From a virus: a stretch of 39,605 bases of DNA. The DNA is taken from IMG/VR virus record IMGVR_UViG_3300025121_000009; one strand, given 5' to 3'. This document shows, piece by piece, positions 1-6,403 of this stretch; position 1 is the stretch's first letter, and each line of letters begins with the position of its first letter. The position numbers and the translations under genes were made by a program. The notes below the pieces were generated by a model, which was not told the origin of the DNA, made no database searches, and was given only the letters and a program-made list of their open reading frames with translations.

Positions 1-127
1 TTTGATAGTTCTATTCTTCCCTTAATACTGTCCTTTGTTTCCTCTCTATCTTCCAAGTGTTTTAGGACACCCTCAAAGAAACCTCTTGCTCCATCTTTAC
101 ATCCTACTTCGTACCTCTCGGATAGTA
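1..127. repeat. Direct repeat copy A (127 nt identical to 1629-1755); nt 1-67 are also identical to 39539-39605
   Basis: Base-by-base comparison of tttgatagttctattcttccc...ctctcggatagta at both positions. Confidence 0.9.
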
Positions 128-713
128 GTTGGGATAAATCTCCCAAATTACAAATATCTTCACAACCACAATCTAGACATACTTTAATCCCTATCACTTT
201 AACACCTTTTTTATAATCTGCATCGTGGTATTTTCTTCCTATATTATTTCCAAAACAATTCTTACAGATATCTATCTCTCTCCACTCCTCTTGCTTCTCT
301 GGTTTAACTAAACTTTGGAAAGCTAAGGACTCCTTATCACCCTCTGTTTCTTTTATGAAATCTGGATTATTCTTTAGAAACTCTACTGCTTTCTTTCTAT
401 CTTCCATTAGCTGTCCAACTGTGATGTTTCTCCAGTCCTCTGGTTGCTTCTCTGGTTTATACTCAAATCTTTCTAATTGTTCTTCTGCCTTTTTATCAAA
501 CTCTTCTTTGTGTTTCTTCCATTCTTGATAGTGCTTATCTACATAACCTACCCAGTCATCTGGTTGCTTCTGGGATTGGTCTAACTTCTGATAACACTCA
601 TTACAAAGTATTCGGAAGTTCAAACTAATATTTCTTAACTCTATTGACTTAATAATGACTAGAACCTTCTTACAATTTGAACATACCATAATCAATTCAT
701 TTTTCTTCTTCAT
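1..713 (-). CDS. Modular Zn-ribbon protein, N-terminal 237 codons; the gene runs off the window start and resumes in frame at 39605..39481 (mosaic paralog family, member 1)
   Basis: ATG at 713-711. The minus-strand frame is open to position 1 and is absent from the ORF track because no stop lies inside the window. Hand translation: MKKKNELIMVCSNCKK..CNECYQKLDQSQKQPDDW..YKPEKQPEDWR..VKPEKQEEWREIDICKNC..CLDCGCEDIC..QLLSERYEVGCKDGARGFFEGVLKHLEDREETKDSIKGRIELS. It has several CxxC pairs. The last 127 nt are identical to 1629-1755. Confidence 0.6.
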   Translation of the reverse strand, partial: MKKKNELIMVCSNCKKVLVIIKSIELRNISLNFRILCNECYQKLDQSQKQPDDWVGYVDKHYQEWKKHKEEFDKKAEEQLERFEYKPEKQPEDWRNITVGQLMEDRKKAVEFLKNNPDFIKETEGDKESLAFQSLVKPEKQEEWREIDICKNCFGNNIGRKYHDADYKKGVKVIGIKVCLDCGCEDICNLGDLSQLLSERYEVGCKDGARGFFEGVLKHLEDREETKDSIKGRIELS

Positions 714-716
714 AGG

Positions 717-899
717 TTATCCTTCGTTTAATTTATTTAATACTTCCGTTGCTTCCAATTCCGATGATACTTCTATACTAGCAATATGGTTAAAACAATA
801 AGATAATTCTACAGATATATCCTTCCTAGTTCTAACTATCTCTGCCTTATCCCAGTCAAATCGTATATCATAAATTCCTTTTGTTGTTTGTATTTTCAT
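717..899 (-). CDS. Hypothetical protein (60 aa)
   Basis: ORF on the common strand. AAGGAATAACCT precedes the ATG. The stop lies 4 nt before the next start. No recognisable motif. Confidence 0.5.
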   Translation of the reverse strand: MKIQTTKGIYDIRFDWDKAEIVRTRKDISVELSYCFNHIASIEVSSELEATEVLNKLNEG

Positions 900-910
900 A
901 GGTTATTCCT

Positions 911-1117
911 TTACTTAACTAATTTAGATACTTGGTTTTCAGCAACTCCGAATAACTCCTGAATATGTTTCATACCCTCTATAAATGCTGTTTGTTCTGC
1001 TTTCAATGAATCCTCCTTCTTGAAATTCTCTATGCAAACATCAATTTCGTGCTGAATATTCTCCATTACTTGTTTTGTTGTATATTGAATCATACTCTCG
1101 TCTTTCTCCTTCTTCAT
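911..1117 (-). CDS. Hypothetical protein (68 aa)
   Basis: SD-like GGGGAG lies 7 nt upstream of the ATG. Packed against its neighbours. Confidence 0.5.
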   Translation of the reverse strand: MKKEKDESMIQYTTKQVMENIQHEIDVCIENFKKEDSLKAEQTAFIEGMKHIQELFGVAENQVSKLVK

Positions 1118-1119
1118 AT

Positions 1120-1425
1120 TTACTCCCCTTTCTCTTTAAGATTAAAACTACCATTTTGATAGTCAATGTAAGTATCAAGGTCGACTTCATTTCCAGTCCT
1201 CCTTGTCGTAAGAAGTTTCTTTAACTCCTCAACTGGTATCTCGTAATAGTATCTCCTACCAATACACAAAGCTGTTTTTTTGTTATCGACTGGTAGTCCT
1301 GTTATAAACTTCCCATTTCCCTGTATCTGAAAGTTCAATTCACCACTCTTATCATCTTCAATAGGTACAATGAAAGATATAACTATGCTTTTGTCAGGTA
1401 CTCTTATCTCTCTTTTCTTATCCAT
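1120..1425 (-). CDS. Hypothetical protein (101 aa from the internal ATG; the track ORF extends to 1470)
   Basis: The ATG at 1425 (MDKKREIRV...) is preceded by AAAGGAGTAAAAACA, a canonical SD. The longer 1470 start has none. Confidence 0.5.
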   Translation of the reverse strand: MDKKREIRVPDKSIVISFIVPIEDDKSGELNFQIQGNGKFITGLPVDNKKTALCIGRRYYYEIPVEELKKLLTTRRTGNEVDLDTYIDYQNGSFNLKEKGE

Positions 1426-1493
1426 TGTTTTTACTCCTTTAATTAAATTAAAATCAACATGAACATCCACCAGAAAGACATATCAAGTTTATC

Positions 1494-1517
1494 AAGCAAA
1501 AGGTATAAAAAAATACC
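1494..1517 (-). terminator. Weak intrinsic-terminator-like hairpin after gene 1571..1924
   Basis: Minus strand reads GGTATTTTTTTATACC followed by TTTTGC. The stem is AT-rich and only 5-6 bp. Confidence 0.25.
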
Positions 1518-1570
1518 ACTAATTACCATCCTAATTAACTTCCCTAGTAAACTCGGAAATATACTCTCTC

Positions 1571-1924
1571 TCATTCTCCCTCCTTTAATAGTTTAGATAA
1601 GTCTATTTTATAAACCTCTAAAAGAACCTTTGATAGTTCTATTCTTCCCTTAATACTGTCCTTTGTTTCCTCTCTATCTTCCAAGTGTTTTAGGACACCC
1701 TCAAAGAAACCTCTTGCTCCATCTTTACATCCTACTTCGTACCTCTCGGATAGTAATTCTTGTACAAAGTTGGCAGTTTTTTCCTCATCCAGCTCATATA
1801 GTGATTCCACCCACTTACTTAACTCTTCACCATCGTCTCTCCACAATTTGTGGTCTTTTGTTAATGCCCCATCTTCTGGAAACTTAAACTCCTTTTTCCA
1901 CTCTTTTATTTCTCTTTTTCCCAT
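1571..1924 (-). CDS. Mosaic paralog family member 2 (117 aa); C-terminal 62 aa nearly identical to the junction-spanning gene
   Basis: The C-terminus LLSERYEVGCKDGARGFFEGVLKHLEDREETKDSIKGRIELSKVLLEVYKIDLSKLLKEGE matches my translation of 1..127 plus 39481..39538. Confidence 0.65.
   Translation of the reverse strand: MGKREIKEWKKEFKFPEDGALTKDHKLWRDDGEELSKWVESLYELDEEKTANFVQELLSERYEVGCKDGARGFFEGVLKHLEDREETKDSIKGRIELSKVLLEVYKIDLSKLLKEGE
1629..1755. repeat. Direct repeat copy B (identical to 1-127); similarity continues with mismatches between 1571-1628 and 39481-39538
   Basis: Direct comparison of the sequences. Confidence 0.9.
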
Positions 1925-1929
1925 TATTC

Positions 1930-2499
1930 TTATTCCTTTAATAGTTTAGATATTTTATCTGCAATCTCATCATAAGCATAATTCCCCTTGTTGTGTATAT
2001 CATTCGTAACAAGTTTTAACATAAACAACTCCTCTTTAGTAAATGTCCTCTCGGATAGTAGTTGAGATATAAAATCTCTTAAATCTTCCTCATTAGCTTC
2101 TTTTCCGTCTATCATAAAATATTCTCCATCTTCCCAAGTAATTCTTTTCCTCCACTCCTCTTGCTTCTCTGGTTCTTTATTGCTAGTAGTATATACATCT
2201 CCTGTATAAAACACCCTAACAGGTTCTTCTTTAATTCTTAAATCCCAATACTCTAAAAGCTTTTCTAAATCAGTCCTAAAATTCTCTGCTACAAATCCAT
2301 CAAGTTCATCATAAGTGTTCCACCTATCCAACATCTTCTGTAAATATTCTTTTACTTCTATCCCCCCTGGTCGCTTCTGGGATTGGTTGAATGCTTCTAT
2401 AAGCTCGTTAAGCTTACTCATTATTCCCCATTCACTACTTGTTATATCAAGAGGGTCTTTCCTCAAATCCAGATTACTTAACTTCTCTATCTTCTTCAT
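1930..2499 (-). CDS. Mosaic paralog family member 3 (189 aa)
   Basis: Shares the modules NQSQKRPG, PEKQEEWRKRITW and SQLLSER with the other members. A 24-nt exact match (tccactcctcttgcttctctggtt) occurs at 2150-2173 and 281-304. Confidence 0.6.
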   Translation of the reverse strand: MKKIEKLSNLDLRKDPLDITSSEWGIMSKLNELIEAFNQSQKRPGGIEVKEYLQKMLDRWNTYDELDGFVAENFRTDLEKLLEYWDLRIKEEPVRVFYTGDVYTTSNKEPEKQEEWRKRITWEDGEYFMIDGKEANEEDLRDFISQLLSERTFTKEELFMLKLVTNDIHNKGNYAYDEIADKISKLLKE

Positions 2500-2502
2500 A
2501 GG

Positions 2503-2988
2503 TTATTCCTTTACTTTTAATTTAGATAACCTCCTCATAACAAAACCCTCTGCTTCTCTAAGTGTTGTAAACTTGTTCATATCTGAATATCCACTTTCAC
2601 CTTCCACCTGTACTACCTCCCATTCAAACTTTCTGGTCAAAGGATTCTTTATCCTTATTACACTGAATACTTCATTTCCACGACTAAATAGGTATTGGTA
2701 CTTCCCAAATATCTGTGTTTTTGGGCTAATTCTTTCAAATTCCAGCCACTGTTCATGTATCACCCTTGTCTTCTTTATCCCTTCTGTTGCCTTTATTGGC
2801 TCCACCTCTAAATCCTCTAGCTCTTTATTCCTTGTGAACGCCATATCTACACATAAATCAATAGCCTCCTCTGCATCACTTTTTATCTCTGGTTGCTTCT
2901 GGGATTGGTTAAGGTAATCTATTATCTCGTTGATTTTAAGCTTCATAGTTACTTCACTATATCCACTCATCTTCTCTATCTTATCCAT
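2503..2988 (-). CDS. Mosaic paralog family member 4 (161 aa)
   Basis: Contains NQSQKQPE. A 22-nt exact match (tctggttgcttctgggattggt) occurs at 2889-2910 and 559-580. Confidence 0.6.
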   Translation of the reverse strand: MDKIEKMSGYSEVTMKLKINEIIDYLNQSQKQPEIKSDAEEAIDLCVDMAFTRNKELEDLEVEPIKATEGIKKTRVIHEQWLEFERISPKTQIFGKYQYLFSRGNEVFSVIRIKNPLTRKFEWEVVQVEGESGYSDMNKFTTLREAEGFVMRRLSKLKVKE

Positions 2989-3304
2989 TGTTTTTACTTT
3001 GTTTAATGTTATCTAACTCTTTCTCAATATCATCTACTAAAACATACTCTAATGTGACCCTATATCCGTGTTCCTCTTTTTCTATTTTGTAATTAGTTTT
3101 CTTCTTTAGTACCTCCTCTAACACCTCCCTTTTTGCTTCTTGTCTAACCTCGTTTATCTTTTCAGTCATATGGTCTGCAAGTTCCCCTATATTTACTCCA
3201 CATAGAGGACAGTTCATATGTTTTTGTTCGTCTGAATGGTAAATAGCAATCATCTTTATTAAATGTTCTGACCACTCTCTAATCTCTTTCTCCTGCTGTG
3301 TCAT
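2981..3304 (-). CDS. Hypothetical protein (107 aa)
   Basis: ORF overlapping the next gene by 8 nt. It has a single CPLC motif and nothing else recognisable. Confidence 0.5.
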   Translation of the reverse strand: MTQQEKEIREWSEHLIKMIAIYHSDEQKHMNCPLCGVNIGELADHMTEKINEVRQEAKREVLEEVLKKKTNYKIEKEEHGYRVTLEYVLVDDIEKELDNIKQSKNNG

Positions 3305-3331
3305 TTTGTGTCCTGTTTAATGTTAGATAGT

Positions 3332-3700
3332 TTAATCAATATCATCTTTAACAAATCCTGATATATCTATTGTAATCTCTGGTCTTCCCTCTTGATTAAC
3401 AATTATTGATAAACTACTAGAATAATACCCATTTTGAGAATTGTAACAAGGTACTGCATAAGTACCATTCAACACTATTCCTAATAACGGATTGCCTGTT
3501 ATTCTAATCTTCCTAAACTCCTCTTCCATTATTCCTGTATCCGATAACTGCTCCCAGTCTGCATACACATACTCACAGCAGTCTTGGTCATGGTAATCGG
3601 TTATTTTTGTACCATCACTAAACTCTAAACCCTCTTTGTCAAGCTTAATTAGCTTAACTGGTTTATCAAACTCAATTGTAAATATTCTCTTCTCTTCCAT
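3332..3700 (-). CDS. Hypothetical protein (122 aa) immediately downstream of rtcB
   Basis: Contains the motif HDQDCCEYVYADWEQL. It shares the same 16-nt upstream box as rtcB, at the same distance from the ATG. Function unknown. Confidence 0.55.
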   Translation of the reverse strand: MEEKRIFTIEFDKPVKLIKLDKEGLEFSDGTKITDYHDQDCCEYVYADWEQLSDTGIMEEEFRKIRITGNPLLGIVLNGTYAVPCYNSQNGYYSSSLSIIVNQEGRPEITIDISGFVKDDID

Positions 3701-3709
3701 TCTCTGTAA

Positions 3710-3725
3710 TGATTAAATTAAACTA
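3710..3725 (-). promoter_or_regulatory. Conserved box TAGTTTAATTTAATCA, 25 nt (box start to ATG) upstream of gene 3332..3700
   Basis: 16-nt exact match with 4914-4929. Confidence 0.4.
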
Positions 3726-4904
3726 ACCTTTAACAACAGCTAGCGGCTTTAACTCTACCAGTATCTTTGTTAAATCTTTCTGGTTTTCCATAACAACATC
3801 TATATCCTTATATGCTTGAGGAGCTTCTCCAAAGTCTAGATTACCTTTTCTATCCTTTCCCCACCTACCGTATACAACCCCCTCCATAGATTTGTCTGCC
3901 TCTTCTAGAGTTATGTTTCTACTTGCTTCCATTCTACCCATTTTCCTACCCGCTCCGTGTGAACAACTCATAAAGGATTGAACATTTCCCAGTCCCTCTG
4001 TTATATAGGACTTAGTACCCATAGACCCTGGAATAATTCCAACCTCTCCTAGCCTTGCACTTGTAGCACCTTTTCTATGAACCCATACATTCCTACCCAT
4101 GTGGTTTTCCAGTCTTGCGTAGTTGTGTGCTATGTTAATTATCTCTTCTGCTTTATAATCGCCAAGAGTATCAGCTACAACACCCATGACCCTCTCCATC
4201 ATCAGTTTCCTATTCGCAAATGCAAAGTCCACACAATACTGCATTTCCTGTATATAATCTTGACCCTCTTTAGTGTCGGTAGGTAGATATGCTAAGTCTT
4301 GTTCTACAACATTTGGTATATACCACTTCTTAGCTAATTCAATAGCTTTTGCATTGTAGTAATCACACACTTGCTTACCAAGATTTCTACTACCAGAATG
4401 TATCATTATCCACAATTCACCCTCGCTACTTCTTTGTAGTTCTATAAAGTGATTACCACCACCAAGCGTTCCTATTTGTGTAAGGGCGTTGTCATACTCC
4501 TGAGCTACAACGACACCATTAGCACTTTTGCTATTACTAAATGGCATTAGGCTCTCCTCTTGTTTCTTCTGGTGGTGTGCAAACCCAACTGGTACAACCT
4601 TTCTTATTCCACCCAATGTTTCTTTTAATTGTTCCTGCGTAATATCCTCTGTTTTTATATGAGTATTAACTACACACATACCACAACCTATATCTACGCC
4701 CACCATATTAGGGCTAATAACATCAGCAAGAGCTACAACCCCACCAATAGGCATTCCGTACCCTTGATGACTATCTGGCATTACTGCAACCCACTTGTAT
4801 ACAAAAGGTAGGTTAGCAATATTTTTAATCTGCTCCATAGCACCATCCTCGATATCTTCTAACCATAGTTTTACCTGTATCTTTTCAGTATTTATTTCTT
4901 TCAT
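3723..4904 (-). CDS. rtcB: RtcB-family 3'-phosphate/5'-hydroxyl RNA ligase
   Basis: 393 aa carrying RtcB hallmark blocks: DSHQGYGMPIGGV, GGGNHFIELQ, IHSGSRNLG, AHNY, HRKGAT, IIPGSMG and SCSHGAGR. Confidence 0.9.
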   Translation of the reverse strand: MKEINTEKIQVKLWLEDIEDGAMEQIKNIANLPFVYKWVAVMPDSHQGYGMPIGGVVALADVISPNMVGVDIGCGMCVVNTHIKTEDITQEQLKETLGGIRKVVPVGFAHHQKKQEESLMPFSNSKSANGVVVAQEYDNALTQIGTLGGGNHFIELQRSSEGELWIMIHSGSRNLGKQVCDYYNAKAIELAKKWYIPNVVEQDLAYLPTDTKEGQDYIQEMQYCVDFAFANRKLMMERVMGVVADTLGDYKAEEIINIAHNYARLENHMGRNVWVHRKGATSARLGEVGIIPGSMGTKSYITEGLGNVQSFMSCSHGAGRKMGRMEASRNITLEEADKSMEGVVYGRWGKDRKGNLDFGEAPQAYKDIDVVMENQKDLTKILVELKPLAVVKG

Positions 4905-4913
4905 CTTCTCTTT

Positions 4914-4929
4914 TGATTAAATTAAACTA
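4914..4929 (-). promoter_or_regulatory. Conserved box TAGTTTAATTTAATCA upstream of rtcB, preceded by AAGGAG
   Basis: Exact 16-nt repeat of 3710-3725. The GGAG ends exactly 25 nt before the ATG. Confidence 0.4.
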
Positions 4930-4946
4930 CTCCTTAATAACTCATG

Positions 4947-5211
4947 ACGGACATCCTCTTACTACTTTTTGGTGTGCTTCTTCCAAAAGGGTTTAATTAC
5001 TACCCACAAGAAGCGTAGTTACCATTTAGAGGTCTGTCCGTTTGAATTATCAAAGAGCTAATAACCTGTATGAGATACTCTGGGAACTTACTACTGAGTT
5101 GGCAGTGCCGTTCTTCACTGCTTCTTCTAGGATAGTTGTTTCCCTCGCTCTCCATTATGCTACTAAGATGATAGTAAGTCGCACTTCGCATTCTCACCAA
5201 AGTACCTCATA
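4947..5211 (-). ncRNA. Candidate structured ncRNA made of two adjacent domains, each closed by a long stem; class unknown
   Basis: Domain A (5069-5211): an 11-bp closing helix pairs TATGAGGTACT with AGTATCTCATA. Nested inside are a 9-bp helix (5172-5180 with 5085-5093) and the hairpin GCAGTG/CACTGC (5102-5121). Domain B (4947-5041): ACGGACA..CCTCT pairs with AGAGG..TGTCCGT. Nested inside are GCTTCTT/AAGAAGC and GGGT/ACCC. The region has no convincing CDS. Confidence 0.4.
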
Positions 5212-5310
5212 CAAATTATTAAAAGAACTGGTAGGTGCAACTGTTTTATTCTTAGTATTCAACAGAACCCAACAAATCTTTGTTGTAGCCTTTATTTAAC
5301 ACCCACCATA

Positions 5311-5382
5311 TTGCAGGGGTTAGAATTGAACTAACTACTCTTAGGCTATGAACCTAAAGTGCAACCGTTACACTTCCCTGCG
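5311..5382 (-). tRNA. tRNA with CAU anticodon (Met; initiator-like C1xA72 mismatch; Ile2 not excluded)
   Basis: A hand fold gives a full cloverleaf. Acceptor CGCAGGG/CCCTGCA with C1 opposite A72. D arm GTGT-AACGGTT-GCAC. Anticodon arm TTAGG-TTCATAG-CCTAA. Variable loop GAGTA. T arm GTTAG-TTCAATT-CTAAC. Discriminator A. No CCA is encoded. Confidence 0.8.
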
Positions 5383-5485
5383 ATGTTACCTGTGCCTTAG
5401 CTCCAGACTTAGCGTGGTGTCGTTTAAGAATTGCTATAATTAAATGTCCACATCCAGAACCAGGGTACAAGTAACACCCTAATTT

Positions 5486-6181
5486 TTAATTCATTTCTAA
5501 AAGAGCTTTTTGTACATTACCCATCCAAGTTGTAGTGTGGTCGTTCCCTGTATATCTCTTGGCTTTCTCGTAATTAGTAGCTACATCGCTATAATACTTT
5601 CCAATACCCCTACAAATAACCTTTGCCATTTCCTCTTGGCTTGGATCATAACTTCTATTTCCGTTATAAAAATACCCAAAATAGTTTGTGTCTCTGTTTG
5701 TATTTTTTCCCATCCCTGTCTCTGCTACACTTATTGCAACTACAAGTTTAAGTGTTGGTATATCACAATAATTTCTCAAGTGTTTAATGTAACTTGTGTC
5801 ATACTCCCCACCATACCTTGTAATATATTTTTCAATATTATCTGGAAGGGGCTGTGGTGCCTCTAAAACCTCTTGTTTTTGTGGAGTGGTCTGTTGAGCC
5901 ACAGGGGACACCTCTCTAATTTCTAGGGGCACTACAGGGGCTTGGGTAATAGTTTGAGTAGTCGCCTGTACTTGCCTTTGCTCGTTTGTGGTTATCCAAC
6001 CCTTGTCTACTAGCAAATCTAGTAAAACATATATCGCTAGAATTAGTAAAATAAGTACTAACACTCTCCTAGCTATAACCTCTCCTCTTTTTTGTCCGTC
6101 AAAGAGATCAACACCCATAACGCTACCAACAACCTTATTTCTAAGTCTGCTAGTCTTTTCTTTTAAATTAATTACCTTCAT
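5486..6181 (-). CDS. Membrane-anchored protein with a possible glucosaminidase-like (peptidoglycan hydrolase) C-terminal domain
   Basis: N-terminal TM segment VLVLILLILAIYVLLDLLV. The C-terminal block AISVAETGMGKN..TNYFGY resembles the ALESGWG..NNLFG signature. Based on weak motifs only. Confidence 0.4.
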   Translation of the reverse strand: MKVINLKEKTSRLRNKVVGSVMGVDLFDGQKRGEVIARRVLVLILLILAIYVLLDLLVDKGWITTNEQRQVQATTQTITQAPVVPLEIREVSPVAQQTTPQKQEVLEAPQPLPDNIEKYITRYGGEYDTSYIKHLRNYCDIPTLKLVVAISVAETGMGKNTNRDTNYFGYFYNGNRSYDPSQEEMAKVICRGIGKYYSDVATNYEKAKRYTGNDHTTTWMGNVQKALLEMN

Positions 6182-6213
6182 ATTTGTAATATAATAAGTT
6201 ATATATTGTTTAT

Positions 6214-6241
6214 ATCTTACACCCTATGTAACTGGTGTCAA
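6214..6241 (-). promoter_or_regulatory. Sigma70-like promoter TTGACA-N16-TAAGAT upstream of gene 5486..6181
   Basis: The minus strand reads TTGACACCAGTTACATAGGGTGTAAGATATAAACAATATATAAC. It shares a TAAACAATATA block with the promoter at 7326-7354. Confidence 0.5.
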
Positions 6242-6262
6242 GTGTTTAACAAATCTTATAGT

Positions 6263-6391
6263 AATGGGGGCTGGGAATTAAACCCAGCAACGGTTATTAC
6301 AGGGAGATATGAAACTCCCTTGCTAAGCTTTCGCTATAAAGCCACCCTGCTTATTATTTAGCAAACCCCTTACTCTTTTGGATACCCCATT
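6263..6391 (-). ncRNA. tRNA-like structured RNA (129 nt), not a canonical cloverleaf
   Basis: A 7-bp terminal stem, AATGGGG/CCCCATT, abuts a T-arm-like hairpin GCTGGG-TTTAATT-CCCAGC. Other hairpins: AGGGAG-TTTCATAT-CTCCCT (8-nt loop containing CAT), GCTTT-ATAGCG-AAAGC and TTGCT-AAATAATA-AGCAG. Confidence 0.35.
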
Positions 6392-6403
6392 TTAAGGAAC
6401 TAC

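Noticed and set aside
1426-1470. N-terminal extensions given by the ORF track for several genes (1470, 17114, 28509, 32781, 34131, 34754, 35551, 38702, 38830, 39212).
   Set aside because: The extensions start at TTG or GTG, or lack an SD. Internal ATGs form ATGA or TAATG couplings with the upstream stop, carry canonical SDs, or align with a paralog N-terminus.
1443-1529. A 28-codon hydrophobic ORF (MVISGIFLYLLLDKLDMSFWWMFMLILI) in the 1471-1570 gap.
   Set aside because: No usable SD. The same sequence forms the GGTAT..ATACC hairpin plus T-run, which I annotate as a weak terminator. The evidence is too weak to call a gene.
1-3304. The repeated-module paralog region could be a diversity-generating retroelement target/template pair.
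   Set aside because: No reverse transcriptase gene occurs anywhere in the window. The repeats are exact, not adenine-specific mismatched copies.
5000-5299. Track ORFs 5000..5200 (-) and 5042..5299 (+) in the gap between rtcB and the tRNA.
   Set aside because: No RBS, odd composition and mutual overlap. The region is better explained by nested long helices, as a structured RNA.
5383-5485. The hairpin AGGGTG-TTACTTG-TACCCT just after the stop of gene 5486..6181 looked like an anticodon arm or a terminator.
   Set aside because: No other tRNA arms are present, and position 37 would be a pyrimidine. As a terminator it lacks a U-tract. It is left unannotated.
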